Of a DNA stretch of 64,000 nucleotides, positions 39,040-52,998 are shown one piece after another. The notes under the pieces were generated by a model, which ran no database searches, was not told the DNA's origin, and saw only the letters and a list, made by a program, of their open reading frames with translations. The DNA comes from Octopus bimaculoides. Lineage: Eukaryota. The translations under genes were made by a program, and so were the position numbers. The stretch is from contig NC_068989.1 of the NCBI RefSeq assembly GCF_001194135.2, positions 61,386,638 through 61,450,637 on the forward strand, in the 5' to 3' direction. How positions within the stretch are numbered: position 1 is the stretch's first letter; each line of letters opens with the position of its first letter.

Positions 39040-39345
39040 TAGACAGCCCCAAAATGTGATTGGAAAATATACAATCAGAAGTACAGAAGTGTAAAGCAGA
39101 CATGGAACGAAGTATTAAGGTAGCTAAAAAGCTTGTTATTTTGCGCATTATCAAGACTGAAGCTGGAACATATTAATATTTGCAAATATGTTATCAAAAA
39201 CATTTTCAGATTTTAAATTGTGCAGATAAAGACTTTTGAGAATATAACCGACAAAATACAAACTAATGGACTATTTAGCATAGGAAAGAAAGAAAATATT
39301 TACTTGACTTAAAATGACTTTTAAGTTAGTTATGGCCTAAACCAA
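39040..39345 (+). mobile_element. Possible highly decayed CR1-like LINE 3' region
   Basis: GLFSIGKKE..YGL weakly resembles the CR1 C-terminal LGLFSLEKRRLRGDL. Weak support. Confidence 0.25.
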
Positions 39346-42139
39346 TCTCTTGCCAAAATACTTCGCTAAGTTATCATCAGAGAGACAAAACCATGAACGA
39401 CATAGATACATTACTACTATTCCCACTACACGATAAATAACCAACTGAGAAATATTAAATAACTTCAGATAGGATACAAAAAAAGACTTACCTGCGCTGT
39501 CAATATATGACAAAAGGAATGTTACAGCAAAAGAGGAAATTCAAAAGCTAAGTTTCCCGTTATTAAAATGCTATGAATATATAGAGACAGCATGAGAAAT
39601 AAGATTTTGACCGATGGTTCTTAGAGTATCGAGAGCAGGTGACACTTTATGTTGATGTAATAGAAATAGACTATTAAATGCATAGAGAAAAAGGTAGCAA
39701 AACAGGAAAGTGGATAGTATACATTTGATTTTGAGTCATCTTGGTTCCAAATATTAGTTCCAATTATTTTTTGATACTACGGACATGCACACTCACATTA
39801 CTATTTTAGGTATTTTGTTTTTTGTATCACGCATCAAGATATAAAAGTTAAGTTGGTACCTGTTATCCCAAATGTGTTTGTATCAACACTAATATATATG
39901 CGCTCGTGTGAGTGCGTGTATTGATATATACATGCCTGTATATAAATGTGTACAAATTCTTCGTTGACCACATGGATATGTTCAAGGGGTTCAATTATGT
40001 ATCATGCCAAAATGAGTAGCTTTCTAGTGGAAGTGATGACGTAGCCCTTAGGAATAAATTCGGCTGAGATGCAGGAGAAGGCAGTCTTCAAGTAAAACCA
40101 GAGTACCTAAAGCCTCCTTGAGTCTTCCACAGGGACTCGTAGAATTCCAATCGCAAATATATTGCATCCTGTCCCACATGCACAGACATGGACGCAATAG
40201 CCCCAGTCAGCAGAGGTATAAACAACAGTGTTTAGATAAGTATGAGCAACACATCTTCAGCAATATTACTAGGACAGATGTACACTAGTGGCGAACGGCT
40301 AAATCCGTTATGTCGCAAATAATTTTAAATAGACATTTAAAATTATTGTTTGGTTTTTACAACGGAAAAAAATATAGGAGCGTGCTACATTTTATCGACA
40401 GACCAGGGGTAATCTTTCTGGGTCAATTCATTTGGAGCGAGTGCGCGTTTTCTGTACTACAGCAATCTTATTTTTGCTAGCACTATCATCCTTAAACTTG
40501 AAATTTTCTTTTTATACTGAACATGTAAACGCACTTCAAAATAGTTGAATGCATGTTGCAATATTTAGCTTTCCTATATGAAAAAAAATAATACATAAAA
40601 TTTCGGAGATATTACTGAAGTAAAAACATTTGCCATAAATTAGATACTCGAAACACACATCTTTCTTTAGATAATATCAGAACTATGTGTGAAACTGATA
40701 GCCACGCATACCTTGCACACCTTTCCAAAAGTATCGTGTATGCCTACGTGGCACCCGACTACAACACTTGCCATGGTAGTAATTCAAAATTAAAAGAAAT
40801 TAAAAAAAAAAGTCTAAATAAAAGATAAAGGAGAAACGTTAATATTATGAGGACCATACATTACTTTTTAACGTAATAAAGAATATTTTCTTCAGAAAAC
40901 CAAATTTGGATTCATAAATCCACGAACATGTAAGTTAAGCAGATTCCATAATGTATATACGTGTCTGTAAAGATGTAAGCACGTATGCTTGTGTGTATTT
41001 ATGCAAATAAAATTTCAAGCGCTACACTATGAATCATGTAACAATATACAATATAAATGAATTGCGATGAAAGGATTTGCAATACACGACCAAGAAATCT
41101 TGTGTGTTCTGGGAAATATGTACAACGTCTTATGCGCAATTTATGAAAATAATACAAATAAACGAAATCACATTATTAAAGACGTATTCTCTGTGATACA
41201 ATTCTTTTCAATAGGTATAGATATGAACTATTTTACTTAGAAGACGTCTACTGGACATGATTAAAATCAAAATATCTACACAAAGGATGTAGCAGACTTT
41301 CCATGGGTAGTTGTTGAAATTTTGAAGCCACTAACCTTTAACTAAAGAGATGAGAGATAAGTAATTATCTCTTCGTGTAAATTCAGCAGCTCTGTGTCAA
41401 AAGCACTGCCGCTATACAGAAATGAAAACGGAATATTGCAGCAAGAGGGATTCCGTTTGTATGAGGAAAAGCTCTTTCTAAAGCACAGCCTTTATATCAG
41501 GATGAAAATAAATCATTGCAACCACACGAGTTACGTTTCGAAGATGTGAGGCCTAAGACGTTCTAGATCGAACATTAAAGAATTTGTCACGTATGGATAT
41601 TAATACTTGCAAAACATCTGTCCGACTGCGAATAATATCTGTTGATAGAAAATTTAAGCAGGAATTGCAGGTGATTCGTGAAAGACAAGCATATAGTCGT
41701 GAAAGACAAACACATAATACTCAAATATGAGCCTGTGGACCAAATACACTTATATGTGTGCATATATATGTAGAGAAAGAAAGGGATATAGAAATAGAGA
41801 GGAATGTGTTAAGTTGACAGGCATTGATCATAAATATGATTTCTAACATCAAGAGAAGTAATTTTACCCGAGAATATACCATGATTAAAGTGAACAAATA
41901 CTATTGCAGATGTCTTTGTGAAACAAACTGAGATGAAAAAGCGGGATATATCTGAAGCGCGAACGAGTGGTTATGAGTGCGCGTGCGTATTTGCATGTGT
42001 ACGCGTCCGAGCACACACACACATGCAAACAAATGCACACACATACACACACACACATTTTATGTCAAAGAATCACAATATCGACCAGACTATCTGACAT
42101 TGCTACATATGGCTGGTTACAATGTGTTAATCATTGATT

Positions 42140-42352
42140 TTTATCTTTGGAGTGACGCCTTCCAGCTGGCTCGGCGAGCAGGCCAACATTATCCCTAAAC
42201 GTAAGTCTATTCCGTCAAAGGATAACTCTTTCAGGTTATGTAGACTGTAAAAACGTGAAATGAAGTATTTTGTTGAAGAACGCATTGCTCCACACTGTCC
42301 AGGAATCGAACACATGATGTAGCGATCGCATATCAACAGCGTAATCACTACG
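42140..42352 (-). mobile_element. Decayed tRNA-derived SINE
   Basis: Minus strand: GTGGCGTAGTGATTA (A box) and GTTCGATTCCTGG (B box), followed by the CATTTCAC block seen in the 46331 copy. Confidence 0.65.
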
Positions 42353-42379
42353 CCACACACATTCACACACACACACACA

Positions 42380-42418
<39 letters not shown>

Positions 42419-42711
42419 CTCTCCAATCTTATTTTAATTGTTTAATACTACACATATGGGCCTGCATACGTGTACGTGTGCGGATGTATGTGCATATGTA
42501 TATGCATATAGATATATATGTGTGTGTGCGCGTGAGTGCATGTACGTGTGTCTACGTGTGCATATGTGCGTGTATATGTTCGCACGTGTATGCGTATATG
42601 CCTGTATTTACGGGTATGCGTGTGTGTGCATATATATATATTTATAAATATATGTGTGTGCAAGTGTATATCTATGATTGTATGTGCGCTGATGGGTGTA
42701 TATGTATGTGC

Positions 42712-42755
<44 letters not shown>

Positions 42756-42821
42756 NNNNNNNNNNNNNNNNNNNNNNNNNNNNNNNNNNNNNNNNNNNNN
42801 NNNNNNNNNNNNNNNNNNNNN

Positions 42822-42867
<46 letters not shown>

Positions 42868-44059
42868 TGGATGTGTACAGGTTTAGATACACAAGTACAT
42901 ATTATAAGGCCTATATAATAATGCATACACTCATATATATGTACATGTATGCGTGCGTATATCAATATACACTTTCTTCCTTTCTCTCTGATTCCTCTGC
43001 CCACACTATCACCTTTGCCAATAGAATAAACAGTTTCTATAGAAATAAACGATTTCTATAGAAACTTGACCATTCTTAGTAATCTTCCATTTCGTTTTGT
43101 GGTTTACTACTCACCTTAGAAAACCCCTCCCTCTTATACCTTTTTCTGTACCCATCCCTTAAACCTATTATAACATATCACCCACCTCACACACTTCACA
43201 CATATTCATTGCGTACATTCTTATCTCTTCGTACCCCACCCCTACTCCTCTCCCATCCCCAATCTTATGTCTTGACCACCAAGCAACACTCTTTTTTTCC
43301 TTTTTTTCTTTCATATTTTCCCCTTTATTACACTTGTTTTCCTTTTCTCTCCCTCTTTCGTTCCTTCTCTTCTCAACTTTTCCCTTGACCTCCCTCTTCA
43401 CTTTAACACACACACCTCTACTCCCCTCTCTATCAACTTATACCTCTACTACTTTCTCAAATGTTCATTCACTCCATAAAACCCCTGTGAATGAACGGTA
43501 TATGGAATCTACGTCTCCACACTTTCCATTTTTGATGACAAAATATGTACACCTATTGGCATTTACATAGCACGGACAGGAAGCATTTCTACACAACGCT
43601 TTCCTTGGATAATGGAAGTGCAACTATAACATACTTATACATTTTTATTTTTATTTCTACTTTCATTCACCTATTTCTTTACATACTCCTTATTCGCTTC
43701 CTTTTCCAAAATAACTCCTATATTGAACTCTAATATTTCCCTTCTATTTAACCATTTCACATCGTTTCTAATGAAGAAATATCCCTAATATCCCAGAAAC
43801 AGCTGTAAGACTAACTTCCTCTTTATAAATGTCTATAAATGTCCTGAAAACTCCACACAGTCTTAGCTTTGTTGTGTTATTTTATTTAACACACACATAT
43901 GTGTGTGTTTGTGTGTATGTATTTGTGTGTGTGCGTGTGTGTGTATGTATGCATAAACAAAACAAAAAATGGAACAAGAACGTAACACGACAAATAACAT
44001 TCGGACAGTTAAACGATACAAAAAAGAACAAGAAAAAACAAGGACGGGTCATTGGAGCT

Positions 44060-44308
44060 GTCAATCTTCAGTCCAATAACAGATCGTCTTTGCAATTTCG
44101 GCAGGTTACGCTCGAGACTGCATTTATCTGGCCGGCTAGATTCGGAAGCCGTTTTGAGAATGTGAGGGAAGCTGAGAGTGTTATCTCCCAGGCCATAATC
44201 TTTATGATATCCTTTGGACATTTTAAAAATAATCTTATTTTTGGATGGGATATTCTGTTTTCTCTTCCGTTTATACAAGATCTGAAATTTAGCCCGAATA
44301 TCCTCTAT
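44060..44308 (+). mobile_element. Possible Tc1/mariner (maT/DD37D-like) 3' end
   Basis: WPARFGSRFENVREAESV resembles the C-terminal xFRSRLEAVxEAEG motif. It is followed by a TIR-like end (AATTTAGCCCGAATATCCTCTA) abutting (TATG)n. Confidence 0.35.
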
Positions 44309-44329
44309 GTATGTATGTACGTATGTATG

Positions 44330-44363
<34 letters not shown>

Positions 44364-44880
44364 TGTATGTATGCATGCATGAATGCATGTGTGTATGCAT
44401 GTATGTACTTACGTACCTATGTATGTATGCATTTGAGCGAGTGTTCTTTTAACATTCCTCGCTTACCTGGAAGGTTTTGAGAATGTTTATATGTTATATA
44501 TCTACATGAACATGTAACTATTTGTATATTAATATAATTTGTGCGTACATTAAGTAAATTATGTCGCTAAGTATAAAAATAAAGCCTTACTATCTATACA
44601 AATATTGGCATATGTGATGTTTCTCCTGTATCCCTGTCTATCTTAGCGTCATTTTTCTCATGCGATATTTAATTATCTCTCTATTTTAAATGTTCCCATA
44701 TGTCGTTATGTGCATAAATAAACTATTGTATACTTTCATTTCTTTTTTGTATTTGTAATTTTCTAACAGATTGTTAACGCTAGCATGCTATCTTTACTTT
44801 GTGGCTACTTATTAACATATACTTTAAACGAAGAGATGAAAGTAAATCTGAAGTTAACATTAGTCGTGGTGAGTATGAAA

Positions 44881-45236
44881 ATGATCGTTGTGTTAACTGC
44901 GGAAACTAAATTCATGAAACTCTCAAGTTTCTTTGATTTATTGCCTCCGTCTCCATAAATTCCCAACCGAAATCTAAAACGTTTAGAAAACTACTAAAGA
45001 TATTTACGAAAATTCTCTGAATATCTTTGCTCGTAAAATTGGTCATGAGTAAGGTGTCGAGTTGGCAGAATAGTTACCACGCGAAGGAAAATGCGTAGCA
45101 GTATTTCGTCCAGCTTTTCACAAGGATGTTTTTGGTGAACCTGGTTGACTAGCATTCCATTGTAATTCAGAGGTAATAAATTAAAGTAACTTGAATGTTT
45201 CATGAATTTGGTTTCCGCAGTTAACACAACGATCAT
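44881..45236. repeat. Foldback/MITE-like structure with ~68-bp inverted arms and a SINE-head fragment in the spacer
   Basis: 44881-44948 is an imperfect reverse complement of 45170-45236 (ATGATCGTTGTGTTAACTGCGGAAAC exact). A SINE-like head lies at 45051-45115. Confidence 0.75.
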
Positions 45237-46330
45237 ATCCCGAATTATATAAACTGACTTAACATCCGAACTGTACTTACTTTTGTATTCCATATGTATA
45301 TGCCCAGTATCACCTTCTGTTTAAAGGCAATAACATTTGCATTGATGCAAGCATGACTGCTATATCTGGCTGGGAGTTTCAATGACATATCGAATTAATG
45401 CGATAGGATTTGCAGTTTAGTGAATAAGTAAACAAATCAAATACTTTTAACACAAACTTTTGCTCCATCCAAAATTTCGGACAACATACACGTACTCATT
45501 TGGAAACCTCGGCAATAATAAACTACACACGGCTAAGTCTGCAGAATGTTAATTATTTCATTAGCTGTTAGTCAATATTAGTAGCTTAATGTGTCTTCTC
45601 AGCTTCGTAATTGTGATTTCCTTTTAATGCTTATACACGACTTTATATTCTTTCTGGTATAACACATCCACAATGGGGAGACAACTATTGATTCTAATGA
45701 GAGTTACCCAAAAATATTCAGAGCATTGTAGGAAAATCGAGAGCTACTAGACCAAATGTTGCCCATGGTTAATTGCTGAAGGTGTTTATCCTTTTCGGGA
45801 AATACATAAAGCACAGAATGTTTATATGAGAAATAAAATAAGGGAAAGAAAATTCTGTTCAAAATTGATGAAGTGATATTGTGAGAATGCAATGAGAAAA
45901 CGTCATGTTTATGCATTTTATGTATAGGTTACAGGAATATGTGTTCTAGTCTCATACTCGTACTTAAAGCAGTGCATGTAAATGTTCCATATTTTGAAAA
46001 AATGCTATATACTCGTTAGAATATGCAATTAGAGATTAGGTTTAACATTTGTGTACAGCGATGCAAATGAGACTATAACCCACATTATATTAGAATGCCT
46101 AAAATGTGTAGAAAAATGTGTATCTCTAACATTGCAACAATAATTTACTCGAATGTCGGCAAACAGTTCGGTTGCTGCAAGCGATAAAAACAGCTGAAGT
46201 GAGGTTATAAGATTTTCTTATAAAGGAAACTTAGAAGATTACGAATATTGTAATCGACTGTGGTTCAAATCTAGACTTCGATGTATTATCTTATGGCCAG
46301 TGAAATTTTCTGTATGCATTACAAATTCTG

Positions 46331-46590
46331 TGGAAGCGCGTGTCTTAGTGGTGAGGGTGTTCGAATCATGATTGCAAGATTGTGATTTCGATTCCTGGAC
46401 TGGGCACCGCGTTAATTTCTTGAGAAAACACTTCATTTCACGTTGCTCCAGTTCACTCAGATGGCAAGATTGAGGAATGTATTCCTGCGACGGGTCGGTG
46501 TCTTGTCCGGGCGGGGAATATATACGCCATGGAAACCGGTAAACATGTTGTAAGAGTCCCTATATCTAGGGAAGAAACTTTACTTTTCAT
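46331..46590 (+). mobile_element. tRNA-derived SINE
   Basis: A-box-like TGTCTTAGTGG, B-box-like ATTTCGATTCC, then TTCTTGAGAAAACACTTCATTTCACGTTGCTCCAGTTCAC. Confidence 0.7.
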
Positions 46591-47749
46591 ACCAAATTTT
46601 ATAAGTGAAGAACAGACATATGGGTTTATATCTTCCCTCTACAACTTCCATACTTCATACGAAACATTTCTGGACGACATATGTTTCTCTACTCTACCTA
46701 GATAGAGCGATTGATAAATGAGGGGAACTATGAATGCTGCATTGTCATCTGAACCAGTCTAGGTGGATCTCTTTATTATATGAGTTATTCCCCATAGCAT
46801 ATACTTTTTGTTTATTTGTACACTTATATTTTACGAAATGTTCCTGTGATTTCCCTAGCCAATCCATTAACAGTAATTCTCCGATGTTAACATTTGAAAA
46901 CTACGTCTTGGTTTATATGAATAGCAACGTATATTCTCTAATTGCTTACCTCTTACATTGGGTATTCTATAAAGTTTCTCTTCTTTATTTCTCCAGCGGT
47001 TATTTCATATTCCCATGCCAAACTTCTCAGAAGACCATGAGACAGCACTACTTAGAGTATATCTGGCGCTCGATTATTGGTTTCTAAGGCTGAGAACAAC
47101 ATTGGTTCTTGACCGTGTTAGCAAACACTAGTTCCACTGCTGCCAGAATAACAGCATCTAGCAAGAGCTGTCTTGTGTAGTGTGTTGTGTTCACTCTTTT
47201 TCTATGTTTATTTTCCTCTCTGCTTAAAGTTCCTTTGGATAGAGATCCATCAAGTGAGATCCATCAACTGGGACTCCTATCTGAATCCAGTTTTATGAAT
47301 TTCCTTCCAGCACCCTCGACTACACAATGAACATATACAATTCTGTGCTGTTTGAAAGTAACCAATAACGTGTTCAAATAATTTTTTTATGTTCATATAG
47401 ACTCTCCTCAGCAAATAGTTTCTGGTCATATTGCCGCACACAGACATAACGAAAAAATGGTGAACGCCATTTCCAGAATGTTTAACTGTGATCTTGCATT
47501 ATGCCGAATAAAGTATTGAGACACCAATGAATATTTAGGTGTGCCATATATAGCTTTTGCATCATCGTAAATTTTGAAGAATAAGTTCTGTTTTTTTTTT
47601 TTTGCATCCATTCTTACAAATTTCAGTCGAAATATCCCATATATTCCAGCTGGAGCTAGCCTATTTTTTCCTTCAAGTCTATGAGGGAAGTGGAGCAGAC
47701 TGTGGGAACATAAGTAGGTAATTCTATTTCTTGTATAATGATTGTAGAA

Positions 47750-47900
47750 TATGGCTAGCAAATTTAGGGACGGGGTTAAGTCGATAACGAAAGAAGAAAA
47801 AGTAAAAAGCAACCATGGTCAAATTTGAACTCAGGACTTAATCAGCTGAAAGTAATGTCCCTAAACATCTTATCCAACACGCTAGCTATCCGGCCAATTT
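47750..47900 (-). mobile_element. Decayed SINE fragment
   Basis: Minus strand has GAGTTCAAATTT (B box) and ATCGACTTAACCCC..CCCTAAATTTGCTAGCC, as in the 28-kb family. Confidence 0.55.
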
Positions 47901-48415
47901 TCTGACCTAATTCTAGTCTGACAGATATGTAGATATGTATTTTTTTTTGCTATAAAATTTTCACCAGTAGAATACTATTCTACCAATTTATTCGTATTCA
48001 AATGTGAGATATGGCTGTCGTTGCAAGCCATTTGGAAACTGAAAGAATACGGGCTACTTTTCTTCTTTTTTATTTTTTTGACAAAGATAACATTTGCGAG
48101 GGTTCATTGTTGTCTTTGTTGTAGAAAAAATCCTCGTTTCTTTTCAACAACTGTTAGCATTTTTCTTTTCAATAAAGTGATTTTGTGCAAAATCCAGGAC
48201 TCTTGCCTATTTTCGGATGAGATTCATTGAAATCTGTGCTTTGAATGTCAGCTTAACACAAAATAGCTTTACAAAACATCTCCTTTTACTTTTTTTCTTG
48301 ATTAATACACGAGGAAAATTAAAAAGGAACTTAGTAATTTCGCCTTCCTTGAATTAATTTGTAAAGGAATTAAAACAGAAAAGTCATCCATGTTTTGAAA
48401 AATATTCAAATCGGA

Positions 48416-48460
48416 TACACATGGCGAACCTATGACACGCGTGTCAACAGTGACACGTCG
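48416..48460 (+). mobile_element. hAT (Charlie/SPIN-like) terminal fragment
   Basis: ATGGCGAACCTATGACACGCGTGTCAACAGTGACACG resembles recalled hAT ends of the form CAGTGATGGCGAACCTATG(A/G)CACGCGTG. Confidence 0.5.
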
Positions 48461-49429
48461 CTAGTTTTTAAGTGACATTGGATGAAAAATCTCCATTTAA
48501 TACCATATCATTAAAAGCTTTATCGATAATACTTTACTTGAAATAAAAATACATGTATAGATGACAGTGACACTTCAATAGCAGGATTATAAAAGAAATT
48601 AAAAGTTGGAAATGCTGGGCTGAAATGGGTCGTCGTGAATGACATTGGGTAATCCATAATGGAGCTGTAAAAGAAGACATTTTCTATTGCTAGGAACCGG
48701 TGATCAAGAATTCTTAATTAAGGACATTGTGTCATACATAGAAATGTAACGTACTATTTGGGTATTTGATTACAAAATTATGCGATATAGATAATACAAA
48801 ATAATAGACTTTGGAAGAAGTAGGACCGACATGAAATTAGCATGTCATGAGATAACGCATTTATCATATATACATTATTAAAGCAAGGTTCTTTTAAATA
48901 GAACCACTGATATATAAACAGAACTATAACATAAAATGCAGAAACTTAATAACATGAACAACGCTCAAACACGTGCATACACATCAGCACGCGCGCACAC
49001 ACAGTCACGTGCAAACTCACAAATACGTAGCTGTGCCCACGCGCACAGTCACATGCAAACCCTCTCAAATGGACACAAATGCATTTTTCCAAATGACACA
49101 AATTATACAAATTTTAGTGGAGGATCGGTTACATTCTTTTGCAAATTTAACACTTGGAACCTACGGGAATATAACTCCCATTTGCAACAACTGAAGTGTC
49201 TCCTACTGAAAAGATAAGTGGTCAAAATTAAAAGAGAATGATAGATCTGGAAATATTCAGCAGACAGACAGAGCTTGCACTTCCAGTTGAATCGCTTTAT
49301 GTATTGCTAGATAAACAGATATACATTGATGCATTAGTGTATGTGCTCATTGGCTTGAGACGACCATGAATGTTCAAATAGAGAGTGTTTTTCATGCCAT
49401 ATGGCTGAGTTTACACCATATATCTAGGA

Positions 49430-51175
49430 CAAGGTAATTCGGCGTGGTAGTCTTATTTAAAACACAGTCTCTCACATTAAAGAAATAGCGATAAACATCA
49501 TAATACCGGGGTCTCACCATCGCTAGATCTCTGCTAGACTCTATCATCCATGATGTTGGAAGTGAATGATACCACTTGACGTGAAGAGGACAAGACGAAC
49601 GTACTAGTTTGGCTCCACATTTGCGGTCTTCTAACAGCTAGAAACGTTCTCAGACATTATCTACCTGCCGAATGGGACAAATGTGATTAATTGTGAAGAG
49701 CAGACGCCTGAGGTAGCACGCCTGTGTAACAAATCACCATCTACAATTGTTCTGCGGACTCGGCCGGCATCTGCACTGCTACAACCGCAAGTGTAGTGCT
49801 ACTGGGCGACTGCATGACATCTTGGATGCACCTGTTGATTGTGAGGAGCTAATTGAAATGAGAATGATTTGCACACGTCTCTGAAGTGTCAGTCATTTCC
49901 TACTGGCTGAGAGATACCGACTAGATTTCCCGAATGCGCCAGCGAGGATATGGTCAACCAGCATCGGATCATCCAAGAGAGAATTCCAAAGAATACCCAG
50001 TAAGGCTAGCATTGGTTGTCACCAATTTAAAGACGTCGACTATACTGACCACAGATTTGTGATGTGTACGGTCCTCCTAGATAGGCTGCATAAACGAGTA
50101 ACCAGCCGCCAGAAAGTGAAGGCAGCACCCTTTGCTCCAACTTTACAGAGTCCAGTTTCGAAAACTAGTTAAGGAAGGAGGGGAGAGGAAGCAAACCTCA
50201 ACAACCGACGGTGGTTAGCTCGAAAACGGTTATTTATTCATATAGAGTTCAAGAGTCGAGGGAGAGTTATTTAGTAACCTAGTAGGGGCGCATAGAGAAG
50301 GTATTGCGACCTGAGTGAGATTGACTCTAGATTGATTCCTCATCGCTAAGCGCGGTGGTTACTTTGACAGAGCAATGGACCGTGCCTAGAGGTATGAGAC
50401 AATGCACGGCTCGATGGGTCCTGATGGAAGAGACGTGATGCGGCTGCAAAGGCACTATTTAACCTTTGACAGACCTGGAGGCATGCGTTCTACTCGTTAA
50501 CAAGCAAATTTGTACGGTTTTCTTTGAAACATCGATCAACTCTTGAGGGTGGATGGAGTTTACCGCCTACGTTGAGGATCCCTATCGCAATTTAAGCTGC
50601 AGAGTACTTTGGAAGACTGATAACAGCTGATAATATACTTACTGAAAGCGATGACAGGTAGCAAAATGGTAAGTAGCCAGATCTGAATGCTCTTCCCTTA
50701 GAATTCTTTCGTGATATGCCAGCTTGTTACGGGGCTTCTACTGCGATTCGCAGCAGAACGTTAGTGTTTCCATCCGTAATATAAGAAATTTGGTGGTATT
50801 GCCGAGAACAAGGAATATGATTTTAACATTCTTCAGTCTTGGCATTTTGCTAAATTAAAGATTTTGGCCTGAAATATTTGCACCTGTCTTAGATACTCTA
50901 ATAGGTGAGGCACTGATATATATTCCACATCAGATAGATCTCTCCGCGATAACCTCCACTTCAGGTGGTTCGCTATAGAAAGCTTCCCATCGAACCTCGC
51001 TTGTGTGGAATCCTGATCAATTTAGATCAATCTAAAGCTGTCGATTCGATCAACAACCAAAATTCTGCGTCTGTCCTGAAACTAATTGTTTTCGCTCCCA
51101 TGCTCAGAGCCTGTGCTGCAGCAATGAACATATGCACAACGGCAGAAATATGGCATTCAGTAAAAATCAATTTTT
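49430..51175 (+). mobile_element. L1/Tx1-clade ORF2 remnant (APE endonuclease to RT), heavily decayed
   Basis: RYRLDFPNAPARIW..DYTDHRFVMC (APE C-terminal SDH-like motif) near 49915-50080, and LINLDQSKAVDSI near 51010-51050. Same family as 3508-4495. Confidence 0.7.
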
Positions 51176-51595
51176 AGTGACAACAATCAACAGGTTGTTT
51201 AGTTTATTGCCTCAGAATGATGAAGGTCAAAGAGGAATTTGTTGGTATTCGTATTGAGGATATAAAGGGCCATAACTATTGATAGCAGAAATGCAGATGT
51301 AGTACAGTTGACACTATTAACAACAGAAGTGATAACAACAACAATTACAACATCAACAGCAATATCACAATGAACAGCAATAATGCTACATGTTGCACCG
51401 AAAGCTGCGAAAAATATGTGAGAACAAACAACAGCTAAGATTTCGCACCACCACAATCGGCAGTCTTCCATGCAAAGGAGACAAAAGTAAAATGTGTACC
51501 TCGAAGAAGACTTTCTCCGATCACCATCCATATGTCTACCAGAAACACAATTCCTACCTCGTTCACCAAAAGTAATACTTCGTCTAAAACGACAA

Positions 51596-51603
51596 CGACG
51601 ATT

Positions 51604-51691
<88 letters not shown>

Positions 51692-51701
51692 GCGGCAGCA
51701 G

Positions 51702-51732
<31 letters not shown>

Positions 51733-51860
51733 NNNNNNNNNNNNNNNNNNNNNNNNNNNNNNNNNNNNNNNNNNNNNNNNNNNNNNATCAGCAACACCAT
51801 GCACCACTACCACCACCACCACCACCACCACCACCACCACCACCACCAGCAACAACAACA
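51596..51860. repeat. Compound (CAT)n-(CAG)n-(CAC)n trinucleotide array spanning a gap
   Basis: Seen directly. Confidence 0.95.
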
Positions 51861-52744
51861 ACACTAACACCTCCCACTAGCACCATCTCTACTACAAGCT
51901 CATAGGCACCAAAACACTAATACCAAATCAATTTAATTTCCTTGTGCCGTTCCCATATTGTTTCTTGGTGGCTCTTCAGCGATAAATTTGTTGATGTTTT
52001 GCTGATTTTACTGCTCCCTTGTGCATTTAATAATGTCGAAGATTTGTAAGCATCTCTTTGAACGTTTGTCGTCAGTATATGTGCATAAGATATAATTATA
52101 TACTTGAGAGTGACGATCAATCTAGTTCATGTTTCTTCATCTTGATATCATCTTCATAATATAAAGAGAAATCGCTGATTTCATTGAGTTCGTATTTTAT
52201 TTTATATGATACAAATTTCCTAGGTGCAAGCAACAGAGATAAAGCTGTTCAGTAGCTATCCGTATAAAAGAGGAATAAAGGGGTAGATTTGATTTGCATA
52301 TCATTTTCATGTCTAAATACGAATATATTTGTAGATATATTGAATGGATTCTGAAAGTTTAACGCGTGCGAAGAAAACTACTTGTGTTATATCGTTTGAG
52401 AAATAACATATATTTGTGCAAAAGCATTTGAACAAACATGTTCTTTTCTAAATGTTGTTATAATACACTACACAAGCTTCGCGAATGAGCTACCTTGCGA
52501 GCCATTTTTTGTCTTTCTTTAACCTGTATCATGCCGCCGAAATGATTTAGCTGCTATATTTAGAAGCACGTGCAACTGTGTAATGGTTTTTTGAGGTCTT
52601 GACGTCATAAATTACTTTTTCAGAAATCACTTAAGTTTTTTGTAATGATGATGGTAGTTAGATCAGTCAAAGCCATGAAGTGTTCTTCATAAGATTTGTG
52701 AATAATGTACTCGTTATCTATCCACAATAATACACTGTTACAAC

Positions 52745-52982
52745 GTAGCAAGCTGACAGATTCGTTAGCACGCCAAACAAAGTGCATAGCGGTATTCCGT
52801 CCGTCTTTACATTCTAAGTGCAAATTCAGCTGAGGTAGATTTCGTCTTTTCTCCTTTTGGTATCGATACAATAGTAGTAAAATAGTATCGATAAAAAAGT
52901 ACCGATTGAGCACTGGGATCGATATAATCGACTTACTCCTTCAACCAAAATTACTAGCCTTGTGGCAATATTTGAAACCAAT
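52745..52982 (+). mobile_element. tRNA-derived SINE (same family as the 28-kb copies)
   Basis: GCTGACAGATTCGTTAGCACGCC head and GCACTGGGATCGATATAATCGACTTA..GCCTTGTGGCAATATTTGAAAC tail. Confidence 0.7.
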
Positions 52983-52998
52983 AATACATAAGTGTTTT

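Noticed and set aside
43829-44452. 207-aa ORF
   Set aside because: It is held open by (TG)n and (TATG)n repeats around a transposon remnant and is not a gene.
44455-44490. Minus-strand CCTTCCAG|GTAAGC resembling a recursive splice site
   Set aside because: The polypyrimidine tract is weak, no host gene was identified, and a single motif is not significant.
51199-51880. Poly-Gln/His/Ala/Asp ORFs resembling a transcription-factor low-complexity exon
   Set aside because: They are pure compound trinucleotide repeats across a gap, open in several frames, with no flanking domain.
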